Program-made: the position numbers and the translations under genes
The notes under the pieces: generated by a model
Database searches by the model: none
What the model saw: the letters and a program-made list of their open reading frames with translations, nothing else
Told to the model about the DNA's origin: nothing
Part shown: positions 1 to 13,965 of the stretch, one piece after another
How the letters are laid out: every line of letters starts with the position of its first letter
How positions within the stretch are numbered: position 1 is the stretch's first letter
Source: Prorocentrum cordatum
Lineage: Eukaryota
Assembly (NCBI GenBank): GCA_963575745.1
Contig: CAUYUJ010000002.1
Coordinates: forward strand, 1,054,001 to 1,118,000
Direction of reading: 5' to 3'
Length of the DNA: 64,000 nucleotides

Positions 1-2599
1 CCCGAAGGACATTCGCCGCGTCCCTCTCGAACGCCGGGGTCGCCCTCTCCTGGTCGCTCTTCGCTCGAACCTCTGGTGGCCCGTCGCTAGGCGCATCTCC
101 CCCGACATCTTCGCGCTGCAGTCGCGCCGCGCCCCCCCTCGCACGGCGGCGCCTCCGCCGCCGCCCGTCGCGCCCCGCGACCCCTCGGGGTCGCGATGGG
201 GGAGCTGTCCGCGGCGCCCCCCATCCTGCTCCTCCGTCTGGTCGAGCCACTCAGGCCACGGGGGCGAGAGGATCTGGGGTTTGAAGAAACGGCCCCGGAT
301 TTAGAACATCCGCTTTTGTGTGGGAAGCGTTTTTCGCGTTTTATACCATAATGTTTTGCCATGTGTTGATTGGGCGGCGCAAATTGATGAATCCAATTCT
401 CGCTTTAGTTAACCGTCGCTTCTTCAATGATTTGTTTGAAGAATGCGCGCCCAGTCAATGCCATGACCTATGCTCGCCAGTGACCGTCTGCCACCGTCTG
501 CAGGTCGCCGCAGTCGATCGCCGGCATCGGGGTCGAATCCCCCGGCTCGGCCGGGCCCCTTGCGGCAGCGCCCCGCCGCGCAGTGCCCGCGCCAAGCTCG
601 GCGCGGCGCGTGGCTTGCGCGTGGTCGAGCCGATCCTGCTCCGCCGTCTCGTTCGGCGCCCCCATCGCCTTCGCCCTCGGCCCCGTCGTCGCCTACCAGG
701 GGCGGCGCGCCAGCTCCGACAACTCGACCACCTGCTCCGGCAACTCGCCCCGCAGCAGAACGCGTGCGTCGACCTCTCCGCCGTCGAGGCGGGTCTCGCC
801 CTCGTTGACCTCCGCGCGCAGGTCGACGGGGCGCAGCTCTGGAGGTCTCGCGGTCTCGCGGACTGCCGGCGAAAAGATGCCGACGCGCTGCCGGAAGCAA
901 GCGGCGCCTCCACCGCCAACTCGAAGACGCCGTTCTTCCTCGCGCACCCATGGACGCCCACCCGTGCTGAGGTCCTGGCAGTGGGGCCCCCCGAGCTTGA
1001 GCGCGACCCTGTTGCGAGCGTTCGCCATCTCGCCCGCGGTTATAATCGGCTGCGACGCCAGCGCGTCGTGGCGCCCGATGCCCTTCAGGGGCCCGAGCCC
1101 GCTCGCACTCGCAACCTCTCCCACGGTCGCGCGCGCGCCCCAGTCTGGTGCCCGGCCGCCGCCCGCCGACCTGCAGCCGTCGCCTTTGCGGCTCGTCTCC
1201 TTCTCCTCTGCCTCGCAGTCCCGGCGCTGGTCTAGCGGGATGACCGTCGACGCAGCTCCGCTGTCGACGCCGCGCGCCCCTCTCGCACCCGCCCCGCTCG
1301 ATGCCAAACCTTGGAACTCGAGACGCGACCTCTGGATCGACGCGATCCTCGGCGAGGAGCCTGACCACCGTCGCGTTCTCTTTGGGCGCGTCCTTCATCG
1401 AGAGCGCTGGCAAAAACAGACCTCGCAGTGGCTTCTGAGACTCGACTCTGGCTCTCCAGCAGGTTCGCTCGCAAGGTCGCTTGTGTTCCTACCCTTGGCC
1501 TTGGGGCGGTCCGCCTGCCTGTGACCTGGTCCGCCGCGCCCCCGACGCGCGGGACCGTTGCCCGTGGCTGCGCCACCTTTTGGGCCTCTTTTGCCTGTGG
1601 GGGCCTTGCCGTGGCTCCTGTTTCATTCGTGGCCCTTCGGGTTGAGTCTGCTTGTGCCGGCGCCCCTTGGCGAGGTGGCCTTTGCGGTGGCAGGTCGCGC
1701 GGCCTTGGTTTTTGCAGTGGCCTTTCGCGCGTTTCTGGCGCATCTTCTAGCCGAGCGCGCCAAGCTCCATCGACCAAGGCCCTCCCGCCGAACTTTGCAC
1801 CGCCAGCTGCGCCGCCCGCGCGTTCTGCGCCTCCTCGCGGTGCCCAGCCCAAGTGTGCAGTCTCTCCAAGCTCATGACGAGGCGCTGCCTGGGCGGGCTA
1901 CCGGGCAACTGGAGCAGGGCAGTCCCGATCCTGATCGCGTCCCGCATCTTCTCCTTAGAACTCCCCGCGCACATCGTCCCATCCCGCTCGAAGGCCCCGG
2001 CCCGCGCGAAAATGTCGCCCGTGAAGTCAAGTCCCAGCTCAGGAGCCCCATGCTCTGGCCTTTGAACTTCGTCGACGCTTGTGGCTCGCACCCGGCGATT
2101 AAGAAGCACTGGGCCTACATGCCTCCATTGCTTATGCGCCCACGACGACGTCGAGTGCTGGCCCGGGGCACGTCTGGACCAAACAGTACTGTACTGCCAG
2201 GGTCTCTCCACTGCGTCGCAGCTCTCGAGCACTGCGTTCAGCTGTGGGACGTCGATAGATGCTGCCGAACTCCAGCTCCTTTGCCATCTGGCCCTGCGCT
2301 GCTCCCGCGCAAGCTCTGAAAACCAGCGGCAAAGCGCGCCTTTCTCTTCATTTGACCTCTCACGTTTGCCTAGCATGCGGAACACCGCGCCGCCGAAACT
2401 CCTTCCAATAACAACCCGTTTTTCTCCGCTGTCCGCTTCAACTTGCAGCCGGTAAGCTGTAGCCCGCGGCTTGTCCGCTTAAACTTTCGCGCGGTGGGGC
2501 TCTGTAGCAAATTCGGCCATCTGCTGCTGCAGCTGCCGGAACTTTGTTTCGGTCACCACCATTTCTAACAGTACTGCTCGCGTCTACGCCCAGCCGGGT

Positions 2600-2990
2600 C
2601 TGCTGGCACGTCCGTTGTCTCCTTGATCACTCGCACGTGCTGTTTGAACAATGCCCACTGCCTGCGCTTGAACCCGACGTGAAGATACCGGCAGTAGAAC
2701 TCGCGCCACAAGTCGTCCAACTTCTCTTTCTGATCGCCCTCGGACTTGCTATTCACGTTCAGCCTCTCTCCCGTGCAGATCGAAAAAAATGCGTTCTTCG
2801 AAACAATCCCACGACGGAAGCCAGAGCTCATCAACTTTCCGTACTACAGTGGAAGATTCTCTTCTCGTCACGGCCCAAATCGACATCTGTAACCAAAGCG
2901 TCAGTGGAGCTGCCTATACAAGAAATCGGCCTGTCGGAACGATCTGGGCACCCCCGGACCGCTTTCGGCGACGCGCAGCTGCTGGACAAC
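2600..2990 (-). mobile_element. Possible decayed Merlin/IS1595-like DDE transposase fragment
   Basis: Broken minus-strand frames give GAQI.SD..., IFHCSTES, FRRGI and KLDDLWREFYCRY. These resemble the IS1595/Merlin motifs PGS.I.SD, HT..IES.W...KR and LDEF..RY. Frameshifts and stops are present. Confidence 0.3.
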
Positions 2991-3121
2991 ACCCCCCGGC
3001 CGGAAGACCGCCGAAAACCGATGAATGCGCCCGGAAACCTGGGAACCTCGAGCCTCAAACACCCCCCCCCCCCTGGAGGGGGAGGCCCGGCTACAGGCCT
3101 CGCAGACCTGGTCCGACTAAA

Positions 3122-3258
3122 TCGGGTCGGAGGATTGCGCCGCATCCCCTGATGCATTGCCGATGCCTTGTCGATGCCGGCGTGAATAACATCCGGTTGC
3201 ACATCGGGCCGCATCGGCGACGCATATGCGATGCGGCACAATCCTCCGACCCCATCTA
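3122..3258. mobile_element. MITE family A (CGATGCATCG-rich hairpin element)
   Basis: Inverted ends GGGTCGGAGGAT...ATCCTCCGACCC; homologous copies at about 20030-20246 and 22636-22850. Confidence 0.7.
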
Positions 3259-3855
3259 CCCGGATCCTTCGATGGAAACTCATGGGAAGGAGCCTCCCAT
3301 ACCATCTTGTTGGCTTTTGTGAATCGACGCTGGCCGACGCTAATCGACGCCAGTCGACGGTAAATCGATGCGAATCAACGCCAATCCCCGCTATATCGAC
3401 GCTCTCATCGAGTACCAGGCGCTAATCGACGCTGGTGCACGTCAGAGACGCAGTTGCGAGGGTATACAAGGCTCCGATGATTTCCTTTCGAACCTACTCG
3501 GGGGCGCGCAAGCATGGATCAGCGATCCATGGATTGGGCGCGCGGTCGCCAAATCCATGGATCGGGGGAGGTGCCCTCCCCCAAAATGCGGCCGGTGCCG
3601 CCTCGCTCGGCGGCGGAAATCTGCGACTCGCCATGGGAACCAGACCCGTCTCTAATCCGCGCCCCCTTGATCCATGTTTGCGATCGCCCGACCTCCTCCG
3701 ACCCCATTTGGGAGGCCTCGACCGGCGCCGCCCCCGAGGCCGTCGCTGCCGCTGCGGCCTCTGCCAGCGCGGCGAACACGCGGACGCTGGGCGCCACCGC
3801 GCCGCACGCCGCCACGAGCGCGGCCACCGCCGCCGCCGCCGCCAGCCTGCACCAG

Positions 3856-3865
3856 TTGGCTCAAG
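3856..3865 (+). other. Possible relic dinoflagellate spliced-leader 3' end
   Basis: TTGGCTCAAG equals the last 10 nt of DinoSL (DCCGTAGCCATTTTGGCTCAAG). It is followed by lower-GC unique sequence. Confidence 0.4.
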
Positions 3866-4146
3866 GCATCTGGTTCCAAGGTTAGGCCGGCGCTGAAGCA
3901 CCGTGCAGGTGCGCAGAGATCTGGCTTTGTTTCCAGACGCTTCGTATGTGTGCTGGTCTGCGCAATCCTCCTCCTCTTCTGCACGTTTTACCTCTTGCAG
4001 ATTCCAGCTCATTCTCTTGACTACCAGTGGGGAGAGGAGGAGGAGGCTGCTTCTTAGAAGGCTTCGGCCTTGCATCTGCAGGTAAGGCCCGCGCCTTTTG
4101 AGCAGGAGGGGTGCTTCTATGAAGCCCAGCTCCACCTCCGTCTAGC

Positions 4147-5162
4147 CTTAGGTCGGGCATGTCCCCCTACAGGCAGATCTTAAATGAAAAATCAACCATA
4201 ATCCCAAAACACTCCAAAAATGCTCAAAATCATCCTGGTGAGGATCCCAACCATATGCAGGTGTGAATACTGCAGGTCAGCTGGGACGAAGAAAGGGGAG
4301 CTCCTCACGGGGCCTTCGGTGGAGCTCCCTGTGGGTTCACGAACCTTGTGAGGGGTGTGCCAATGGGTGACGGTCCCCGCATGCGGCCTGTGCCACTGGG
4401 GCCTTGGGTGGAGCTCCCTGTGGGGTCACGAACCATGTGAGGGGTGTTAATATGGGTGGCGGCCCCCGCATGTGGCCTGTGCCACTGGGGCCTTCGGTGG
4501 AACTCCCTGTGGGGCCACGAACCGTGTGAGGGGTGTGCCAAAATGGGTGGCGGTCCCCGCATGCGGCCTGTGCCGCTGGGGCCTTGGGTGGAGCTCCCTG
4601 TGGGGCCACGAAGCGTGCGCGGGGTGGGCCAAAATGGGCGGCGTTCCCCTGCGTGCGGCCTGTGCCACTGGGGCCTTCGGTGGAGCTCCCTGTGGGGCCA
4701 CGAACCGTGTGATGGGTGTGCCAAAATGGGCGGCGGCCTCCGCATGTGGCCTGTGCCACTGGGGCCTTCGGTGGAGCTCCCTGTGGGGCCACGAACCGTG
4801 CGCGGGGTGTGCCAAAATGGGTGGCGGTCCCCGCATGCGGCCTGTGTCGCTGGGGCCTTCGGTGGAGCTCCCTGTGGGGCCACGAACCATGTGATGGGTG
4901 TGCCAAAATGGGTGGCGGTCCCCGCATGCGGCTGTACCAAAACAACTCGGGTTTCCCGTGACACCATTCCTGGCACATCACCAGTACCTCGCGGAGGAGG
5001 AGAAAAGGGAGGAGTGAGGAGGAGGTGACGCGGGGCGCTGTCTCTTCAAAACGAGGACCCAACATCACATGATGGTAGGGAAATGTTAGAAAAATCGTCC
5101 CCATACTATTTTTGGACAATTTTCGAAAATTCCTCCTGCAGAGGGATACGCCCGACTTAAGT
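4147..5162. mobile_element. MITE family B copy expanded by nested insertions
   Basis: Ends CTTAGGTCGGGCATGTCCCCCTACAGG and CCTGCAGAGGGATACGCCCGACTTAAG. Compact 140-160 bp copies lie at about 8793-8957, 17028-17186 and 18258-18398. Confidence 0.6.
4305..4935. repeat. Tandem array, about 91-bp unit, about 7 copies
   Basis: GGGGCCTT(C/G)GGTGGAGCTCCCTGTGGGGCCACGAA recurs about every 91 bp. Related arrays lie at about 31640-32200 (reverse), 46295-46705 and 60620-61110. Confidence 0.9.
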
Positions 5163-5449
5163 CTAGCCCCCTCTGTGCGTGGCTGACTCAGGGGAGGCGG
5201 AGGGGGCGGTCGAGGAGGCACGACAAGGCCAGGAACGGAACGAACTCGAGGAAGAAAGAACTGCATCAACATTGTAGGGGCCCAGGGACACACAAATAAA
5301 TACACACAAGTCCTAGGATTCCCACTATTTGTCCATACTTTTTGGATCTTCGTCTTCCCACCCACTTCCCATACTTTCCCATATTTTCTGGGGCATCGGC
5401 AGATGATTGTGTCTGTGTGATTTTTCCCCTCCTGAAACATAAGCTTTTG

Positions 5450-5578
5450 CGGCTCCGCGCCGATCTCTCGGATCGGTGCTGGGCCCCCCTGGGGGCGCCT
5501 CCAGCGCCAGCTCCGGCGCGCTCCGCGCGCCAGGGCCAGGGGTGCAGCGCCGCTCCGGGAGATCGGCGCAGACCGTCG
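5450..5578. mobile_element. MITE family C
   Basis: Inverted ends CGGCTCCGCGCCGATCTC...GAGATCGGCGCAGACCG; related copies at about 16000-16120 and 16625-16755. Confidence 0.55.
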
Positions 5579-5840
5579 CAAGTTAATGTTTGTGCAAATC
5601 CGCCGGCCCCCTTGTGGGGCCACCAGGCTGTAGGCCCGTGATTCGCAGTTTCCTGTACCAGTCGTAGGTTGTAGTTTCCAGTGTTACAGTTCTGCTTCTT
5701 GCTGGTTACTGTAACTAGTTGACTTTTTGCTGGTTACTGTAACTAGTTGATTGACCGCGCGAGGGGGGGGAGGCCCAAACCGGCTTTTTAGCACCCCTTG
5801 GGCGCGTTGTCTGAATTGCTGGGGGGGCTCGAAATCGACA

Positions 5841-5996
5841 CCCCTCACGCAGATCCGCGGGGTCAGGGTCCAAAAACACAAGGGATTTGCCACATTTCTG
5901 AAATTCGGTGCCACCCCTCACGCAGATCCGCGGGGTCAGGGTCCAAAAACACAGGGGATTTGCCACATTTCTGAAATTCGGTGCCACCCCTCACGC
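5841..5996. repeat. 73-bp tandem duplication
   Basis: CCCCTCACGCAGATCCGCGGGGTCAGGGTCC... at 5841 and 5914, with a partial third copy near 5987. Confidence 0.9.
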
Positions 5997-8204
5997 ACAT
6001 CCATCGCAAGGCGTGGTAACCCAAACTGCGAGTACTCCCTCGGCCCTTTAATCCCAAGGTGTGGTAACCAAGCTCGTAAACCATACACGTCTTACCAATC
6101 GCCCTGTGTGGTAACCCCTCTTGTGATCAGTTGGTTTTGCCGATTGCGAATCGGCCTCGCATGAAGTTCCGATACTGCTGCACGACAGCGCCAAAGCCTC
6201 ATGACTTAGCTCTTCCATGGCCCATTCTCCGAGAGAGGGGGCCGGCGGCAGGGGGCGAAGCCCTTACGGATTTTGCCCCTCTCGGCGGTTGACAAACCTC
6301 CCTTTAGCAAACCTCCCCTCAGTGAAAACGGCCTGGCCTGGGACCGAAGCCGACGGACCTGGACCCGCAAAAAAGACGGCCGCGACGCCCTCTCGCGAAG
6401 CGAAAACGGCCATCGCGAATCGACGTGTCAGGGTAGGAGGTCCGTCAACCTCCGACCGTCCTGGGGAGGGTCGAGATCTCCAGGGGTGCGCGTCGTGGAG
6501 AGATCACGGCGTCGGAGCTCTGGATGCCCGCCAGGGCAGGGAGGGGGAGGGGGAGGAGGGAGGAGGGAGGAGGGAGGATAATGAGGAGGAGGAGGAGGAG
6601 GAGGAGGAAATGGAGGAATAGGAGGAGGAGGAGGAGGAGGAGGTCTATCCACCCCCGACCCTCGGGGGACTCCAACACCGCTCCGAGAACTTGGCGCGGG
6701 CCGCCACAAGTATGCCTATGCCGTTCTTGCCCCCTCGGGGCACGGAGCAGAATCTGGCGCGAGGCTGCACGAGGGAGCTGCCGGGAGGGCCGAGGCCTGC
6801 CGACGCGTTGACGCAGTCGTCTTTCAATTGGTCCCACGCCTCTGACCAGGGCTGAACCCAAACGGTGTTTGTCGTTTTCGTTGTCTTCGTTCTCCCTCGC
6901 TTTTGTCTTCAACCTGCCTCTACCGCAAAACGAAGTCGAAACGAAAACGGCCCACGAAATCGCCAGAACACCGTTTAGGTCCCACGCCTCTGACTCCGCG
7001 ACCTGTTGCCAACTGTCGCACAGCCAGCGGTTGTCAGCACATGTTGCTCGATGTCGAGGTCTCGTGGCGCCCTCGGCGTCGCCGGGCTGCCACATGCGGG
7101 TCAAGGTGTGGAGCCCAATGGATCACTTGTGTCTGCCATTGCGATGCCTGCGTGGTAAGAGGAAGCCAGGACCGGGGCAAAATCGGACCAGCACACAGCG
7201 GCGATCTCTGAGATCCGGCGGCTCCAGGGAGGTGAATCGGGCGCCGAGGCGGTTCCGGAGCGCTCAGAGAGAGATCGGACACGCTCTGGAGCCTTTTATG
7301 CAATCGGACCCAGGCCAGAATAACATCCTTCAAGAATATGAGACCCTCCGTCGGCCATACTAAACAGAACATCGAAGGGTGTACACCCCCCCAGGGCGCG
7401 CAAAAACATCCAACAACCACGAAGAACATTAGGGTACCCTCCCCGAACCGACCTCGATCTTATACCTCTGTCCGACTGTGTCCGAGTCCAGGCCCCGCCC
7501 GAGGAGGCAAGGGCTCGGCGGACAAAACCGACAGGGATTACTATGCCCACCTGGAAGGGGAAGGGGAAGGGGGAGAGAAGAGGCGCGAGGACAGCGTCTC
7601 GCGAAGTCTCGTGGGGACGGGCGACTACACGGCCGAAAAAGCTCGAGCTCAGTAGAGCAGTGTCTTAGAACGCCTTCCCAGTAGAATTAGCCCGTCGCGG
7701 GGCGGGGCGACGGCTTTTCGGGGATCTACTGGCCCGGGTCAATCCAGACCCAGGTCAACAAGGCTCTGCAAGATACTGCAAGATCCTGCTGGATCTTGCA
7801 CCCAAGCCCGGGTCAATGCGACCCTGGCTCTGCAGGACCCTGCAAGATCCGGCGCTCTGACCGACCCCCGTTTGCATTGACCCCCGTCTCTTGGGCCCGG
7901 AGCTCTTAGAGAAAAAGCGTCGCCAGGGGCACCGTTGCCCCCAGTGGTCGGCGCCACTTCTCGCGCGGTCGGGAAGGCCTCCGAAGCTCGAGGCGGAGGC
8001 AGGGCCCCTCGGAATCGCCGCGTCCTGCCTGTCCTGCGCCATCGGGCTTCTGGGGCCGCGCACCTCGCCTCGCCATCGCTCGGACCCCCCATTCTCCGTG
8101 CATTCTTCGGTTTCGATGACCTCAAATTCTCCTCGATGGTCCTTGCCGAGAGCAATGCAGACGTCCGAGCGATGCCAAGACACGGGCAAACATCGCATCG
8201 TCGG

Positions 8205-8239
8205 ATGTGTGTGTGTGTGTGTGTGCGTGTGTGTGTGTG

Positions 8240-8282
<43 letters not shown>
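8205..8282. repeat. (TG)n microsatellite
   Basis: Read directly from the sequence. Confidence 0.95.
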
Positions 8283-8288
<6 letters not shown>

Positions 8289-10274
8289 ACGGCGCCTATG
8301 CACTGTACCATGTTTGGACCCCTTTCAGGCCCTGATCTAGCGCGGGACGGTGCACAAGTTTCTGACCCTGAAGGCCGAACGGAGATGCACCGTACAGCTC
8401 CTGGGTTGAAGATCCGCGACGCCTCGGGAGATAGCAGCGCGGTACGGTGCACACAGATTGTCCGCGGATGTGTGGGAGAGGGGTGGCCGCAGCGGCGCCG
8501 CGACCGGGGCGCAGCAGCAGCTCGCAGAGGGCCCCAGATGCCGCGGAAGCTGCGCGCGAGGAGGGTCCCTAATTAGGCGGCGCGGCACAATCTCGCCATC
8601 GCTCGGACATCTATATTCCCCTGGCATTTATCGGTTTCGTGCGCGTGCCCTCATGCTTTTCCCCCCCCCTCCCCCCCCCAAAGATGACCCAAGGGGCTCC
8701 TCGATGGCCCTCGCCGAGGAAAACATGCACACGTCCGAGCGATGCCAAGTCCCTGGGCGCTCCGCACGATGGCCCCTGGGGCAGGGCCACAGTCAGGTCG
8801 GGCGTGTCCCAATACAAGCGGATCTTGGACGAAAAATAAAAAAACACACACACCAAACATTCTCAAGAATGGCCCAAAACATATTCAACAAACATCGTCC
8901 CCAACGTATTGTTCCAGTATTTTCCAATGCTCCTCCCGGAGAGGCGCAGGCCCGACGGAAGGCCACAGCCAAGGGCGACGCAGGCCCACCGACGGCGGAC
9001 GACGCACGAAGGAGACGACGACGGCCTGCGACGCACGACGCCGGCGACGACGGCGGCGGCGACGCCCGGCGGGCACCTCGTCGCCCGCGCCGCCGCCATG
9101 GCGCCGCGTCCGCCCCCGAGCGGAGACCGGCCCCCCACCGGCGGGGCCCCGGGAGACGGCCGGAGGGTTCCACGGGGGGGTTCTGGGGAGGGGGTTTTTG
9201 AAGGGGCCCTGGGACACACAGAACAGGATTCCACATGTTTTCCCATATTTCCTGGGTTTCTGTCTTCCCCCCCACTTCCCACATTTTCCCATCTTTTCTC
9301 GGGAATCGACGATTCATTGTGTCTGTGGTTTTTGTCCCTCTCGGGTTTTCCAGGAGGGGTCCCCCAGGGGCTTCGCGCCCCCTGTTCTGACGAGGTTCCG
9401 GGGCCCCTGCAGGGGCTCTCTGAAAAACCCCCTCCCTCACCAAAGCCCCATTTTGGAACCCTCCGGAAAAGGGGCAGGGAGGTGGCGAGCGCCCCGCGGG
9501 CCGGCTGCGCGCGCGGCGCGCAGGTCGACGTCGTCGACGCCCTCGTCGTCCGCCGTCGTGCGTCGTCCATGTCGTCCATGGTTGTCGTCGCCAGTCGTCG
9601 TCCGTCGTCGTCGGCCGACCGTCAATTGTCCGCCGCCGCCGCCCTCGCCGGCGAGGTCGCTGTCGTTGCGTGGCAGGGGGCCCCTGGGGGGCCGGGGGAG
9701 GTCCGTATCCACCGCTTCCCAAGGGTCCAGGACAGGAATGTCGGTTTCCCAGGCGGTGCGTATGTGCAAATCCCAAACTCTTGCGAGGGCGCCCGGCAGC
9801 CCTGGCAGCAGCGCCGCCACGGAGAGGACCACTTCGACGATCGGGGCGGCATCGCATCGTGGCGGCATGGGAAAACATCGAGCTGGAATCGGCGACGCAT
9901 CGCCGATAGATTGACGATGTAGGCCCTCGATAAGCCCAACTTCTGATTTTCCGGGCCGTCGGGCGGCTTCTGCCTCTCCCGGCCCTTCGCGGATCCTTTC
10001 CCAACTGCCCCAGCTGCCCCGTCCGTGGGCTGTGGCGCACGGCCGGCTGCTGCGAGCTCGGCCTGCGCCATCGAGGACGACCGAGCCAAGTCCTCTCATC
10101 AGCCCTCCATCGTCGTCCCCCTCACCGTCGTCATTATTCCAGTCCCCTGGGGACGTGCGATCATCATCAGTATTGTCGTCGCCGTTGACCGCAACCACCG
10201 AATCAATAGCATCATCATTACCACCACCATCACCGTCATCAGCTTCAGCACCAACACCAAGACCACGAACATCG

Positions 10275-10275
10275 C

Positions 10276-10316
<41 letters not shown>

Positions 10317-10317
10317 C

Positions 10318-10391
<74 letters not shown>

Positions 10392-10421
10392 CCCGTCACC
10401 ATCACCACCATGACCACCATC

Positions 10422-10483
<62 letters not shown>

Positions 10484-10521
10484 CGTCCTCATCCTCCTCC
10501 TCCTCCTCCTCCTCCTCCTCC

Positions 10522-10554
<33 letters not shown>

Positions 10555-10572
10555 CTTCCATCACCATCACCA
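10275..10572. repeat. (ATC)n/(CTC)n compound microsatellite
   Basis: Read directly from the sequence; it produces the poly-M/D/I/H ORF artefacts. Confidence 0.95.
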
Positions 10573-12799
10573 TGCCGCCCGCGGACACTCAGGCTAAGGG
10601 GCCGGGCCCACATCTGGACCTTGGGGGTGGCCGGCCCACCATGCCATTCGCCCCCGCCTCGCTGGCGTGGCACGCGGGCGCCTGCACCTCATGCCTCAGG
10701 TCGTGGGTGGGTTGCTCAAATCGTCCGAACGCCTGAGCTCAATTGGCAGCATAGTTCGGCCAAAAAATACATATTCATGTTGGCACACTGTCCCCGATTA
10801 ACTTCAGTAGCCGAGCGATGGCGGTGAGAAAAAGGGCGCGTGATGGCGATGATGTTTTTTTACGGGTGGCGGTGCCGCGGGGCCCTGTGCGCAGGGTTCC
10901 TGCCACTTCTACGAACTTGATGCCCCCCCATAACGATGGAGGCGGAACCCAGGGCCCCCCGGACGCTGCGATCGTCGAACCGACCGACCCCACCTCGCCC
11001 CACGGAAGCGGAATCCGGCCCCCCCCCCCCTTGGGCGCTGCAAGCGCCTGGACCCGCTGCGTTCGCTCCCATGGACTTGGTGCACCAAATGCCTACTCTG
11101 CGCCTCCGCCTCCGCCCGTGCTGCGCCGCCCACGCGCGCAAGGGCTGACAAAGAGGGGGGAGGGTGGCCCAAAGGCCTCTCACTAGCTTTAGGGCCCCCG
11201 GCAGGCCCGACCCGCACTCCCACCAAGGGGGCCCTCGCCCACAGTGGCCGCAAGGTTCCCGGGGAGGGAATGCGGGATCGCGAGGGAGGGGAGGGCCCAC
11301 CCAAACCGCGGGGATGTTTGAGCCACCCAAACCCAGGGCCGACCACGTGGCCAGGGCAAGGGGCGCGGTCTCGAAGCCCTGCCCATCCTCTATAAGGCTC
11401 TGCGCGGTTGGTGTACCCCGCCCGGCCGGACACCCACCCCTGCCAGCGGAGGAGGGATGGGGATCCACGGGCACGAAAATGGCCCAAGCTGTGCAAGCTC
11501 CCGCCGGAAGGTGGGGTTCAAAACGATCCCGGAGGCACGCCATGATGCCGTTCGAAGTCCCCTTCCGCTGGGGGCCGCCGCCGAGCCCCGCCCGGGACAC
11601 GACCCAAAGCGATCGGTCGACGGCCCTTCCTGATCGGAGGAGTATTCAAACTGGCCGACAAGAGGGGGGTCTCAATGGCCTCTCCCCCGGCCCCGACACC
11701 CACTCACATCAAAAGAACGCTCGCCCACCGCGGCGGCCGCACGGTTCCCAAGAATGGGATGCGGCATCGGGAAAAAGGACCCCCCAGGCGCGGGGAGGTT
11801 TGAGCCACCCAAGCCCAGAGCCGACCACGTTGCTCGGGCGTCCCCCGCTGGCCTGGCGGCCGTCGGTGGCCACCCGCCCCTCGGCGGTGGCCCCTACCGA
11901 ATTCCCAGCCGAGCCAAACGCCATGGTGCCGCGGCTCGCGGAGCCGCGAGGGTGCGACCTCGCCGCTGATGCTGGCCAAACAGTTGAGACGCAACAAATC
12001 TAGCTAGAGCGTTCCAGCTGATCATGTTTTGCTAGACAAGAGACGCAAACCTTGATCACTCAACCCCCTGCCGCGGCAACTGGGCGACCGCGGCCTTGAA
12101 GAGGTCATGGAACCTCCCGCCCACGTTGGCCTGCGCACGCTTGACGCGCTTGGACGAGCGCGCGCGGGCCATCTTAAGCATAAGCTCCTCCATGCGGGCG
12201 TGGTCAGCATCCTCGAAGGCCCACTCCATGGAACGCTTCTTGATGCCGGCGAGCTCGTCAGCTCGATCTTTGGGAAGGTCGCCTGCTTCAGACCCCGCGT
12301 CGCTGCCAGTGGTCGCTGCCGGCGCCTTCGTGGATCTGCCTTTCGACGTCAACGAACTGCTGGACCAAACCCGAAGGACTATTACTAGCCGGCCGCTCTG
12401 CGGTTGATCGGGAGTTTCACTATATTGAAGAAGGGGCGCGCGCTTCTCAGAAGAGGAAAATCATCGAGATGATCATGACCGCGAAGATCAGGAGGGCGAG
12501 GGTCGCGAAGGGGAGGGCCAGGATAGTGAGGGTCACGCGGGCGTGGATCAGGCGAGCACGGAGCAGGAGGTTTAGGATGTGGAGAAAGAGGGCCAGGAAA
12601 GCAATGATGGCGAGAATAAAAATCAGGAGGGTGAGGATTGGGAAGGAGTGGCGCTCCCCGCTGCCATGCTGGCACTGTCACCTCCTCGTCCTCCTCCTCC
12701 TCCTTTTCCTCTTCCTCCTCTGCTTCCTCAAACTCCTCCACCTCGTCGTCTTCCTCCCTCTCCTCCTTTTCCTCCTCGTCTTCCCCCCCCTGGGATGTT

Positions 12800-13965
12800 C
12801 CAGATCTCGCCGGGCCTCTGACGGCCTCGTTGGGGAGGCTCGAACGGCAATTTTTCTCAGGATTTCCCACGCGAGGGCGCCAGTTTGGAATTCGTCGCCG
12901 GATTCGCCGGATTCCACGGATTCCCGGATCTCGCCTCAAACGGAACAGGGGGGCCTCGGAGGACCTCCTTTGGGAAACTCCAAGGGGTGTTTTTTTTACG
13001 ATGTCCCACGCGCGGGCGTTGGTTTGGAATTCGTCGCGGCATTCGCCGGATTTCCCGGATCTCGCCTCAAACGGAACAGGGGGGCCTCGCAGGACCTCCT
13101 TTGGGAGGCTCCAGGAGCGTTTTGTTAGGATGTCGCACGCGAGGGCGTCGGTTTGGAATTCGTCGCTCGGCGCGCTGGATTTCCCAGCCGGACCTCGCCT
13201 GAAACGCAACATGGGTGCCTCTGAGGGCCTCCTTTGGGAGGCTCCAGGAACTTTTGAGGATGTCCCACACGAGGGCGTCGGTTTGGAATTCGTCGCTGGG
13301 CGCGCTGGATTTCCAAGCCAGATTTCGCCTGAAACGGAACAGGGGGTTTGTGACGGCCTCGTTGGAGAGGCCGGTTTGGAATTCGTCGCTGGATTCGCCA
13401 GATTCCCCGCATCTCGCTCGACTTTGAACAGGGAGGCATGTGAGGACTTCCTTGGGCAAGCTCCCGGGGTGGTTTTTCTGAGGCTGTCCCGCGCGATGGC
13501 GCCGGTCTGGCATTCGTGGCTGGAGTTGTCGGATTGCCCAGATCTCGCCTGAAACGGAACAGGGGCCTCCTCCTTGCAAGGCTCCAAGGGCAGTTCTTCC
13601 GAGGATGTCCCACGCGAAGGCGCGCCTCCTTGGGGAGGCTCCGGGATTGGTTTTCCGTCGCCGGATTCGCCAGATATTCGCCGGATTTCCCGGATCTCGC
13701 CTGAAACCTCTAAAAGCCGCCTTGGGAAGGCTTTCGGGGTCTTCTTTTCTGAGGGTGTCCCACACGAAAGCGCCGGTTTGGATTTCGTGGCTCGATTCCA
13801 CTGATTTCCCTGATCTCGCCTGAAACGGAACAAGGGGGCCTCTTGGGAAGGTTTTTTTGCAAAGAAAAAATGTCCCACGCGAGGGCGCTGGCCTGGAATT
13901 CGTCGCCGGATGTGCTGGATTTGCCGGGCTGGCCGGATTTCCCGGATCTCGCCTGAAACGGAATC
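12800..13965. repeat. Diverged tandem satellite, unit about 120-130 bp
   Basis: GATCTCGCCT(C/G)AAACGGAACAGGGGG...GTCCCACGCGAGGGCG...GGAATTCGTCGC recurs about 9 times. Confidence 0.85.

Noticed and set aside
318..1524. Several about 300-aa ORFs at the window start
   Set aside because: Overlapping frames in very GC-rich sequence with no recognisable motifs; possibly a decayed gene but not supportable.
9437..10736. Long poly-M/D/H/I ORFs (similar ones at 17149-17976, 24584-25457, 43062-44915, 62251-63126)
   Set aside because: These are translations of trinucleotide microsatellites.
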